DNA from: an uncultured Methanosarcinales archaeon
GTDB taxonomy: Archaea > Nanobdellota > Nanobdellia > Woesearchaeales > SKGA01
Reading direction: 5' to 3'
Assembly (NCBI GenBank): GCA_964428445.1
Contig: CAYRYC010000001.1
Span: 13,704-77,703 of the forward strand
Length of the DNA stretch: 64,000 bases
Made by a program: the position numbers and the translations under genes. Shown in pieces: positions 20,326 to 28,317 of the stretch. The notes beneath the pieces were generated by a model. It saw nothing but the letters and a program-made list of their open reading frames with translations. It had not been told where the DNA came from and searched no databases. Position 1 is the first letter of the stretch. Every line of letters begins with the position of its first letter.

Positions 20326-20736
20326 GTGGAAAACTGTATATTTTGTAAAATTATCAAAGGAGAACTCCCATCGAATAAAATCTATGAAGATGACGAATTC
20401 ATAGCATTCCAATCATTAAATCAAACAGCTAAAGGGCACAGTCTCCTTGTTCCTAAAGAACATTCTACTGATTTATTAGATATGAACTCTGAATTAGGAT
20501 GCAAAATGACTGCAGTTGCTCAGAAAATTGCTAAAGCTACAATGGATGGACTAGGCGCCACAGGATTAAATATGTCATTCAATGTAAGACCTGCAGCGGG
20601 GCAAGTCATTTTCCATACTCATATGCACATCATTCCTCGATATGACAATGACGGCCTGAAAATGTGGCCTGAAGAAAATGTCAGCGAAGAAGATAGAATT
20701 CTATTTGCAAGCAAGATAATCAAACATCTTGACTAA
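20326..20736 (+). CDS. HIT-family (histidine triad) nucleotide hydrolase/transferase
   Basis: Histidine triad HTHMHIIPR. GTG start with an AAAGGTGA Shine-Dalgarno site 8 nt upstream. Confidence 0.7.
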   Translation: MENCIFCKIIKGELPSNKIYEDDEFIAFQSLNQTAKGHSLLVPKEHSTDLLDMNSELGCKMTAVAQKIAKATMDGLGATGLNMSFNVRPAAGQVIFHTHMHIIPRYDNDGLKMWPEENVSEEDRILFASKIIKHLD

Positions 20737-20771
20737 GTTTAGAATCAGTTGCGGAAAAGTTCTATTAAAAG

Positions 20772-20880
20772 TACGGGAGCTTTGACGAAGTCAAAGTTCG
20801 GAGTAATGAAACATTACGACAGAACGTCCGCGAGTGAAATTTTCTGAAAGAAAAGTGCGGGAGCGGAGATTCAACCGAGC
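20772..20880 (-). repeat. two degenerate direct copies of the 3' end of the adjacent tRNA-Met gene (tRNA-derived fragments; possible att-site relics)
   Basis: aaaagtacgggagc at ~20768 and aaaagtgcgggagcggagatt at ~20852 repeat the intact tRNA 3' end aaaagtgcgggagcggagatttgaactccgg at ~20957. Spacings are ~84 and ~105 bp. Copy 1 is interrupted by the perfect palindrome ctttgacgaagtcaaag. Confidence 0.5.
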
Positions 20881-20960
20881 AAAGCGAGCGTTGTGCCAAT
20901 AACTATGTTATCGAGCATGAACTATTCAAACGACAAAAACGTACTTTTTAGAATAAAAAG

Positions 20961-21091
20961 TGCGGGAGCGGAGATTTGAACTCCGGACTTCCACGGTGCA
21001 TCACCAATTGAATAATCATCGACAATAAATTGTCTCATCGCTCAATTGCGTTTATGAGCGTGGCGATCTAACCAGGCTGAACTACTCCCGC
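20961..21091 (-). tRNA. tRNA-Met (anticodon CAU) with ~56-nt intron adjacent to the anticodon loop
   Basis: Reverse-complement reads GCGGGAG-TA-GTTCAGCCTGGTTAGATC-G-CCACG-CTCATAA-[intron]-CGTGG-AAGTC-CGGAGTTCAAATCTCCG-CTCCCGC-A. CCA is not encoded. The exact intron junction (37/38 or 38/39) is ambiguous by eye. Confidence 0.7.
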
Positions 21092-21154
21092 GTTCAGTTC
21101 CTTGAAGAATCAGATATTATTTTATAAAAGTATTGATAATAAAGAAAAAAATAC

Positions 21155-21358
21155 TTATTCTACAGCATCAGCTGTTTCGTTAGCAAATACTTCATCTACC
21201 ACATCAGTGGAATTAGTACTATTTGGAACATTAATAGTTAGAGAAACTTTTCCTCCAGCAGGACCTCCATCACCAACAGGAACTTCCTTAATGTCTGAAC
21301 AACCCATCATTAGAGCAGCAACAAGCACAATTAACACTAAAATTATTACATATTTCAT
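21155..21358 (-). CDS. small secreted lipoprotein-like protein
   Basis: MKYVIILVLIVLVAALMMGCSD has a signal peptide with a Cys lipobox-like site; N-x-S/T sequons follow. The plus-strand ORF 21102-21440 is the low-complexity antisense of this gene. Confidence 0.45.
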   Translation of the reverse strand: MKYVIILVLIVLVAALMMGCSDIKEVPVGDGGPAGGKVSLTINVPNSTNSTDVVDEVFANETADAVE

Positions 21359-21411
21359 TATTATACCTCGCAAAGTTTATACAATTAGAGAACAAAAAGC
21401 ATTTATAAATT

Positions 21412-21951
21412 TTACAGTAAGAAACCATAAAGTTGGATAGCCACTAGTACAGTTGCTACGAATAATGGAGAAATAATGAATCTTCGAGCCAGTTTAATCA
21501 CTCTTGTCTTCTTATACATGTCTTCTTTCATAACAAAGATTTGATTACTATAATCCTCAATAATCTGTTTTTCTGAACTTGTCGTTTTTTGTATATCTTT
21601 GAAGAAATCTTTCTTTGCTTCTTCATGAAATTCTTCCAATGAAAGGGGATGAAATGTCTTTGTAAGGTGTGTAGGCCTGAAATTCTCTGCTCTAAGGAGC
21701 AATAGAACACCAACAGCATTACCAATACCAATAACACCTATGCTAATCTGAAAGAGAGGAGCTAAAGCCACAAAACTAGCGCTTAATACTTCACTAATTG
21801 AAATTGTTAAAATAAGAGCTGCTACAGCAATGAGAAAAGTTGTTTTTTGAGCTAAAATCATGTCATAGTTGATGTGTAAATGAGTTACACTATTAAGATA
21901 AGTAACTTTAGCCTGCTCAGGCACCTCTTTTTCTTTAAAATTAACAACCAT
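21412..21951 (-). CDS. membrane protein with two TM helices
   Basis: 179 aa. Hydrophobic helices LIAVAALILTISISEVLSASFVALAPLF and ISPLFVATVLVAIQLYGFLL. Confidence 0.45.
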   Translation of the reverse strand: MVVNFKEKEVPEQAKVTYLNSVTHLHINYDMILAQKTTFLIAVAALILTISISEVLSASFVALAPLFQISIGVIGIGNAVGVLLLLRAENFRPTHLTKTFHPLSLEEFHEEAKKDFFKDIQKTTSSEKQIIEDYSNQIFVMKEDMYKKTRVIKLARRFIISPLFVATVLVAIQLYGFLL

Positions 21952-22036
21952 GTATGACCATAGTTAGGAGAAAATGGTTTATAAATGTTCTTTATCCGCA
22001 AGCCTTAAAAAGTAAAAGCTATTTCAAGAACCTTCA

Positions 22037-22234
22037 ATGACTCAAAAAATAACAGTAAATCAAGATCTCTGCATTGGATGCGGAGCTTGCGCAGCAACAT
22101 GCCCAAATACATTCGAACTATCAGACTCTGGAAAAGCACAAACTATCTCAGAAGAAGGTCTTTGTTTGGATGATGAATGCAGTATTTGTATAGATGTTTG
22201 CCCTGTAGGAGCAATCAGCGAGAAAGAAAATTAA
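22037..22234 (+). CDS. 2x[4Fe-4S] ferredoxin
   Basis: 65 aa with CIGCGACAATCP and CSICIDVCPVGAI cluster motifs. Confidence 0.7.
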   Translation: MTQKITVNQDLCIGCGACAATCPNTFELSDSGKAQTISEEGLCLDDECSICIDVCPVGAISEKEN

Positions 22235-22279
22235 TTATTCTTAAACTACAAATAACAAGTAATTCTATTTTAAAATCAA

Positions 22280-23260
22280 TCAATTGATTTTAAACTGCTC
22301 AAGGAATTTTTGTAAAGATTCTTGTGAAAGTAATTCTGATTTAACAGATTCAAAAGGAAGAAGTTTATACTGTTCCTCTAATAATATATCTTTCAGTTTT
22401 TGATATTGTTGACCATAGAATAATCCTCTTTTCTCGACTAGAACGCCATAATTAGTAATCAAGAAACGAATTTGATTCAGACTTCTCTCTATTAACATAA
22501 TATACAATAATTTTGTTTGAGCAGACGCAAAACCATTTAGAACAAGATCCTTGTAAGCTTCAAGAGTCATAGAATTCTTAGAATAAATTTTTACTAAAGA
22601 TCTAAACTTAGAAGGCCAGTCAGCCAAAGTATTATCTAATCGGTCAGCTAATTTAACCATGAGAATACGTTCATTCCCCGTTTCATAAATAACATCTTTG
22701 AGTAATTGTAAATATTTCTCATAACTATCTCTTTTCAAATCAACAAGAGTTCTTTTAGGAAGATCCTTGGATGTTTCTTTAGCGACATCAGCTAAAATTT
22801 CAGATGAGGAAAGAGAATCTAAATGTTCTTGTTGTTTAGGAATTTTTTCTAATTCTTTAATCAATAAAGAATGACGATTTGTCAAAGCCAAACAATCAGA
22901 AGCAATACTATTAGGAATCTGAGAAAATTCTTTCTCTAAATCTTCAGAAGATTTTCCGAAATCCTCCAAAATGTCGTGATAGAGGGCTAAAAGCTTAGTC
23001 TCTTCATTACCACCAAGAGCAACAATCCAAATCATTGTTCGTAATGAATGAACAAAACCAGGATTTCCACAAGAACGTGTTGAATTAGAACAGAAAAATT
23101 TCTCATTCAAATGCATAATTTCCTTTGCGATTTCAGGTTTGAAAAAAGATTCTAGAAATTCAATTGAAAGATCTCCTTCGAGAAGAGAACTTACTAAAGG
23201 ATAATATTTCTCAAGTCTTGGATGAAAAATTTGGTATATGTCCATTGGAGAAATATCCAA
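22280..23260 (-). CDS. HD-domain hydrolase of the RelA/SpoT (MESH1-like (p)ppGpp hydrolase) family
   Basis: HSLRTMIWIVALGG ... LLALYHDILEDFG ... KLADRLDNTL match the H...HD...D motifs of the SpoT/RelA HD domain. 326 aa. Confidence 0.55.
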   Translation of the reverse strand: MDISPMDIYQIFHPRLEKYYPLVSSLLEGDLSIEFLESFFKPEIAKEIMHLNEKFFCSNSTRSCGNPGFVHSLRTMIWIVALGGNEETKLLALYHDILEDFGKSSEDLEKEFSQIPNSIASDCLALTNRHSLLIKELEKIPKQQEHLDSLSSSEILADVAKETSKDLPKRTLVDLKRDSYEKYLQLLKDVIYETGNERILMVKLADRLDNTLADWPSKFRSLVKIYSKNSMTLEAYKDLVLNGFASAQTKLLYIMLIERSLNQIRFLITNYGVLVEKRGLFYGQQYQKLKDILLEEQYKLLPFESVKSELLSQESLQKFLEQFKIN

Positions 23261-23282
23261 GAAGCAAGCAAGTATAAAAACA

Positions 23283-23693
23283 TTATGGTCTGCTGACTAT
23301 TTTTTCATCAATAGAACCGTCCCCACACATATCGTGAGAACTTACTTCCTTTTTCAACTCGCCTTTTCGATTATACTTGAACGTGGTTGTTCTCAAATAT
23401 ATCACATTAGAAGAAATATCGCTTGCTTCCTCTTGTTTTTCGACGAGGAGTCCTGATTTGTCATATTTAAATCTGTTCTGGAAAATAATCATGTTTGATC
23501 CTTGATAACTATCCAAATAAAAGCTTTCTCTTGCAAGATTTCCTTTTCCATCAAATATTTCTTGATGACCTTGTTTATTTTCTACATTAAAATAAATGTT
23601 TTGATCGCATGGAAATTCTCGTTCAGATTCTTGAGAAAGTGTTGAGCCTATTACTCCTAGAGTAAATAATGAATATAAAATAATTTTTTTCAT
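23283..23693 (-). CDS. secreted protein (signal peptide), unknown function
   Basis: Start taken at MKKIILYSLFTLGVIGSTLSQ (internal Met of track ORF 23283-23792). YD-repeat-like motifs (FKYDKSGLL, FKYNRKGEL). Confidence 0.4.
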   Translation of the reverse strand: MKKIILYSLFTLGVIGSTLSQESEREFPCDQNIYFNVENKQGHQEIFDGKGNLARESFYLDSYQGSNMIIFQNRFKYDKSGLLVEKQEEASDISSNVIYLRTTTFKYNRKGELKKEVSSHDMCGDGSIDEKIVSRP

Positions 23694-23743
23694 AAAATAC
23701 CTAATTTGAACTGAATTTAAAAACATTTGTATGGAAGAAAATA

Positions 23744-23771
23744 TGGCGCCAAAGCCCGGATTGTTACGAAC
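23744..23771 (-). repeat. partial direct copy of tRNA-Ser 3' end (tRNA fragment / att-like core)
   Basis: tggcgccaaagcccggatt matches 18/19 nt of the intact tRNA-Ser 3' end tggcgccaaggcccggatt, which lies 110 bp away at 23854. An inverted T-loop-like gttcaaatcc sits between them at ~23812. Confidence 0.5.
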
Positions 23772-23853
23772 ACAGTGACGTAACTCAAGCAATCTTTGAT
23801 TGCGAAGATGTTCAAATCCAATGAGAAGAATTCATATCAGTAAGAATATAAGA

Positions 23854-23939
23854 TGGCGCCAAGGCCCGGATTTGAACCGGGAATTCCATACAGAACAAGC
23901 TTTCCAGGCTTGCGCAATACCAGATTATGCGACCTTGGC
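23854..23939 (-). tRNA. tRNA-Ser (anticodon GGA), type II with long variable arm; CCA encoded
   Basis: Reverse-complement reads GCCAAGG..CAAGC-CTGGAAA-GCTTG-TTCTGTATGGAATTC-CCGGTTCAAATCCGG-GCCTTGGC-G-CCA. Confidence 0.75.
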
Positions 23940-24151
23940 AAATATAAGACCCTGTCGAAAGCTACACTTCCTCCGGACTTTTCATTCATTCGAATAAAAA
24001 GAATTAAAAAAAATAGCGCCGAAAGCCGTGACCAAAAGATAAAACTCTTAATGCACGACTAAGGCGTGTGAAAATTACTTTCTGCGATTAAATAAATAAA
24101 AAATACTACTCTAAACCATGCGCAACATAGTTACTTAGGTTTAAGTTTCAC

Positions 24152-24460
24152 TTAAACCATTTCGATTTCAATATTCAATCCTTCAGGGATTGGAACTTTC
24201 ATGATTAAACGAAGAGCTCTCTCATCAATACCAATATCGATTAGTCTTTTGTGTATTCTCATTTCGTATCGTTCCCAAGAAGCTTTACCTTCGCCATCTG
24301 GACTCTTACGAGTAGTTACTCGTAGTTTCTTAGTTGGAAGAGGAATAGGACCTTTTAGAACAACGCCAGTCTTTTCTGCAATGGACTGGATATAATCACA
24401 GGTTTGGTTAATTTTAATTATGTCTGCACTTGCTAATTTAATTCTTGCTCTATTCATTTT
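24152..24460 (-). CDS. rps10: 30S ribosomal protein S10
   Basis: MNRARIKLAS...MRIHKRLIDI, 102 aa from an internal Met. The track ORF extends 13 codons further upstream. Lies directly downstream of tuf, as in other archaea. Confidence 0.85.
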   Translation of the reverse strand, partial: KMNRARIKLASADIIKINQTCDYIQSIAEKTGVVLKGPIPLPTKKLRVTTRKSPDGEGKASWERYEMRIHKRLIDIGIDERALRLIMKVPIPEGLNIEIEMV

Positions 24461-24555
24461 TTTATACCATACCTGATTTTGTTTTACATTAACAACCATG
24501 ATGAATTATTCAATCCATCACGATCAATGAAAATAATAAAAAATTAAAAAATAAT

Positions 24556-25842
24556 CTAGGCTTTTTTGACTAGATCAATACACATACCTGCTGCAACTGT
24601 TGCTCCGGAATCTCGGATAGCGAAGTTTGCAAGCTGAGGAATGTCTGCTTTTTTCTCAATTACTAAAGGAGTTGTTGGTTTCAGCTTAACAATAGCTGCG
24701 TCACCATTTCTGATGAAGTCTGGTTTATCAACTTCTTCAGGTGAAACTTTCTTTACTAATTCAGTAAACTGACATGCCACTTGTGATGTGTGGATGTGGA
24801 AAACCGGCGTGTAACCAACTGTGATAACACTTGGATGGTTTAATACAACGATTTGACCGGTAAATTCAGTTACAACGCTTGGAGGGTTGCTGGTATGACC
24901 AATAACATCTCCTCGTGCTAAATCTTTTTTACCAAATCCTCGAACGGAAATACCAACATTGTCACCAGGTCCTGCAGTAGGTTGTTGTTCATGATGCATT
25001 TCGATGGTTTTACATTCTCCTGTAATACCAGTACCTTCTCGGCCAGGCATTGCAACGATTTTGTCACCAACTTTTAGGATTCCAGTTTCAATTCGACCTA
25101 CAGGAACTACACCAATACCGGTGATGCTGTAAACGTCTTGAACAGGCATTCTGAAAGGAAGTGTTGTTGGTTTTTCAGGAACATAAAATGTATTGATAGC
25201 TTCTAGGATTGTTAGTCCTTTGTACCATTCCATATTATTTTTTCCGTCTTGATCAGTTCTATTTACTACATTGTCTCCTTTTAGGGAAGCAATTGGAATA
25301 AATTTGATTTCATCAGCTTTGTATCCAACACTTGCAAGAAGTTTACTAACTTCATCTTTAACTGTGTTGTATCGAGCTTCTGCATAATCTTGAAGATCCA
25401 TTTTGTTAATTGCAACAATCATTTGCTGAACACCTAATGTTTTTGAAAGGAAAACGTGTTCTTTGGTTTGTGAATTAATACCGTCATTAGCTGCTACAAC
25501 TAAAACTGCTGCGTCTGCTTGAGAAGCACCAGTAATCATATTCTTAACAAAGTCTCTGTGCCCTGGAGCATCAATAATTGTAAAGTCGTATTTGTCTGTA
25601 ACAAATCTTTTGTGAGCAAGATCGATAGTTACTCCTCTTTCTTGTTCTTCTTTTAAGTTGTCCATAACGTATGCAAATTCGAATCCAGCTTTTCCTAATT
25701 GAGCCGCTTTATCTTTTAATTTTCTCATTTGCTGTTCGCTAACGTTTCCACTATCAAACATTAATCGTCCTACGGATGTAGATTTACCGTGATCAACGTG
25801 TCCGATAAATACTAAGTTAATGTGTTCTTTTTTATCTGCCAT
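24556..25842 (-). CDS. tuf: translation elongation factor 1-alpha (aEF-1alpha)
   Basis: [22 protein letters not shown]; G-domain motifs DAPGHRDF and NKMD. 428 aa from the MADKK start; the track start MIIM lies 9 nt upstream. Confidence 0.9.
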   Translation of the reverse strand: MADKKEHINLVFIGHVDHGKSTSVGRLMFDSGNVSEQQMRKLKDKAAQLGKAGFEFAYVMDNLKEEQERGVTIDLAHKRFVTDKYDFTIIDAPGHRDFVKNMITGASQADAAVLVVAANDGINSQTKEHVFLSKTLGVQQMIVAINKMDLQDYAEARYNTVKDEVSKLLASVGYKADEIKFIPIASLKGDNVVNRTDQDGKNNMEWYKGLTILEAINTFYVPEKPTTLPFRMPVQDVYSITGIGVVPVGRIETGILKVGDKIVAMPGREGTGITGECKTIEMHHEQQPTAGPGDNVGISVRGFGKKDLARGDVIGHTSNPPSVVTEFTGQIVVLNHPSVITVGYTPVFHIHTSQVACQFTELVKKVSPEEVDKPDFIRNGDAAIVKLKPTTPLVIEKKADIPQLANFAIRDSGATVAAGMCIDLVKKA

Positions 25843-25996
25843 AATTATCATTCCTCATATTGAGTTTTTTAATCCCCTATTTGGGCATTTATCTCTCACG
25901 CAGGAACCACATTTTATTTATAAAGGTTTTGCTCTAAAAAGCGCTTGAGAAAGGCTTATAAGGGTAAAATCTAAGAAAAGTAATACAAAGTAAGAA

Positions 25997-27640
25997 CTAT
26001 TGCTTCTTATGAGATCTTACCTTATGTTGTATATATATTATTACTATGACTAATAAAGATATTAGTAAAAACATAAAAAACGAGAATGATGCAGCACTTT
26101 TAAAAGAAAGAACTTTAGTTTCTTCTTCAGCTGACTCAATATCTTGTTCTAAAAGAATATTTTCTCCATCGCTTGGAACAGATTTTAGTACAGGAATTGC
26201 TGCAGCGCCTTCAGGAATGTAAGGATCATCTGAAGTTCCTGCTTTTGAAAATCTCTCGATAATTTCAGCTATAATCTTTTCGTTATCTCCGCCATCAGTA
26301 GTATCTTCACAAGGAATAATTCTAAAAATAGCATCAACATCAATATATCCTGGTTTCTGAACATTTAAAGAATACAATTCTTTTGCAAGATTTATAGAAT
26401 ATAAACCCTCTTCATCAGTTAATCCCATATATGATTCAATTTCTGAAATTAATTTTATATTAGCATTTTTTATAGGATTCCCATTAGAACCATAAACAAT
26501 AACAGTTGTTGTTTTATACGGACATCCTGGTACTACACTTACAACAAATTCTTTATCGGAAGAAGATTCTTCTTCAACAATTACAAGAGGCTTAAAGAAA
26601 TTACAAACACAATCATCTTCCCACATCAAACAAGGATAATCGTTTGCATAATCATCAATACCCCAAACACTTTTAGAAGCAGAACAATTCATAGACCAAT
26701 CTGCATTTGCATAAATTTCGTGGAATTGCATATCAGCAGTAGATAAACCAAGTCCTTTTCCTGTATCATTTTGTCCTGAAGTTTCATTATCATAAAAAGA
26801 GGCAATTACCTTTGAAAAATTACCAATCAAACCACCAAGATAAGAAACACCAGAAACAAAACCAGTCGAATAAGAATTTCTTATAATATCGCCACCTTCA
26901 GAATAACCAACCAAACCACCAAGATAAGAAGTACCATTCACAGAACCAGTCGAATAAGAACTTCTAATAGAATTACCTGCAGAATAACCAACCAAACTAC
27001 CAAGATAAGAAGTACCAGTCACAGAAACATCCGAATAAGAAACAGAAATACTATTTGCACCACCTACAACATTACCCATCAAACCACCAACCAAACCACC
27101 AAGATAAGAAGTACCATTCACAGAACCAGAAGCAAAAGAAGAATAAAAAACAACACCAGAAGAATATCCAACTAAACCTCCAACATAATTATTTCCATCA
27201 AGAAGAAGAGAAGAAGAAGAACAATCATAAATATTACCACCTCTCATTCTACCAGTTATTGTACCAACATAATCATGACCTTTAATATTACTATAAATAA
27301 AATTAACATTTTTAATATCACTATTTTTAGCATTAGCAAATAAACCTACCCAAGATGTATTAGAACGATTAATAGTTAAATTAGTAATATTAAATCCAGC
27401 ACCATAAAAAGATCCAGAAAAAGGAGAACTAATATTACCAATAGGTTCAAAACCTGCGCCACTATTCCAATTAACAGTATCAGAACAGTCTATGTTGTTT
27501 GTAAGAATAAAATTTCCTCCTAAATCACCAGCTACAATTTTTTGCAAATCAGCGCAAGAAGATATGTCTAAAGCTCCTACTACTGATACTTGCGAGAATA
27601 ATAATATTAATCCTAAAAAAAGCAACAGCTTGTACTTCAT
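25997..27640 (-). CDS. secreted GLUG-motif repeat surface protein with C-terminal TM anchor
   Basis: Signal peptide MKYKLLLFLGLILLFSQVSVVGA. Eight or more tandem ~22-aa repeats of the type SYSTGSVNGTSYLGGLVGYS (GLUG-like). C-terminal hydrophobic helix FFMFLLISLLVIVIIY followed by a basic tail. Confidence 0.6.
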   Translation of the reverse strand: MKYKLLLFLGLILLFSQVSVVGALDISSCADLQKIVAGDLGGNFILTNNIDCSDTVNWNSGAGFEPIGNISSPFSGSFYGAGFNITNLTINRSNTSWVGLFANAKNSDIKNVNFIYSNIKGHDYVGTITGRMRGGNIYDCSSSSLLLDGNNYVGGLVGYSSGVVFYSSFASGSVNGTSYLGGLVGGLMGNVVGGANSISVSYSDVSVTGTSYLGSLVGYSAGNSIRSSYSTGSVNGTSYLGGLVGYSEGGDIIRNSYSTGFVSGVSYLGGLIGNFSKVIASFYDNETSGQNDTGKGLGLSTADMQFHEIYANADWSMNCSASKSVWGIDDYANDYPCLMWEDDCVCNFFKPLVIVEEESSSDKEFVVSVVPGCPYKTTTVIVYGSNGNPIKNANIKLISEIESYMGLTDEEGLYSINLAKELYSLNVQKPGYIDVDAIFRIIPCEDTTDGGDNEKIIAEIIERFSKAGTSDDPYIPEGAAAIPVLKSVPSDGENILLEQDIESAEEETKVLSFKSAASFSFFMFLLISLLVIVIIYIQHKVRSHKKQ

Positions 27641-27761
27641 GAAAGACACCTCAATTATCAAAATACTAATCAATGAAGTATTTAAAGGTTTTTATAGAAA
27701 GTAAGTAAACAGTCAGCACCGCATTGTAGTATTTTAAGATCTCATATGCCCATCCATACAA

Positions 27762-28262
27762 TTAATCCTTCCCTTGAAGAACTTTAATTTTATTGTAAAA
27801 AGAATACTGTAAATTATTATCACTATCAATATCATAAGATTGACGAATTTCTTCAATTAGCTCCGAAGAACAAAATCCGTCTTTTTCATAAAGCTCTGCT
27901 TGTTTAAAATTATTGCTAATCATAGCATTCCTCCATTCTGTTTGAAAACCAAGCGCATAATCAGAAGCCAAAATTACATAACCAAGATCCCTCTTTGTAG
28001 TATCAAGAGATATTTTAAATGAATCAATTCTTTCTTCATTATTTTTATTATATTGAATAAGATTAGTTATAGAATCATTAAAAATAATAGAATCTTTTTG
28101 CAGGGTTGCAATATTTTTTTCTTGAGAAACAATAGTTTTGTTCTTTGGTTGAACAAAAGAATAATAAAAAATAAGTCCTGAAATTAAAACGCCTCCTAAA
28201 GTACAAAGTACAGGTTTAGCTAAACATTTAAGGTTCATAAAAAAAGGATAATGCTCTCGCAA
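27762..28262 (-). CDS. small membrane protein, unknown function
   Basis: 166-aa ORF with an N-terminal TM helix PVLCTLGGVLISGLIFYYSF. Confidence 0.4.
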   Translation of the reverse strand: MREHYPFFMNLKCLAKPVLCTLGGVLISGLIFYYSFVQPKNKTIVSQEKNIATLQKDSIIFNDSITNLIQYNKNNEERIDSFKISLDTTKRDLGYVILASDYALGFQTEWRNAMISNNFKQAELYEKDGFCSSELIEEIRQSYDIDSDNNLQYSFYNKIKVLQGKD

Positions 28263-28317
28263 ATATAAAGCTTGAGAAAGACATTAAAAGAAAAAAGAAA
28301 AAATTAAAAAGAAAAAA

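Noticed and set aside
20768-20975. Three direct repeats with ~60-80-bp spacers, considered as a possible mini CRISPR array
   Set aside because: The repeats are copies of the tRNA-Met 3' end, only three are present and they are degenerate, and no cas genes are nearby. They are better explained as tRNA-derived fragments or att relics.
21102-21440. Plus-strand 112-aa ORF overlapping the small lipoprotein gene
   Set aside because: The minus-strand frame gives a convincing signal peptide plus Cys lipobox. The plus frame is low-complexity (STTS/PPAGPPSP), so the minus frame was chosen.
23800-24062. Two small plus-strand ORFs (65 and 69 aa) over the tRNA-Ser locus
   Set aside because: They overlap a well-formed tRNA-Ser gene and its fragments, and have no coding signature.
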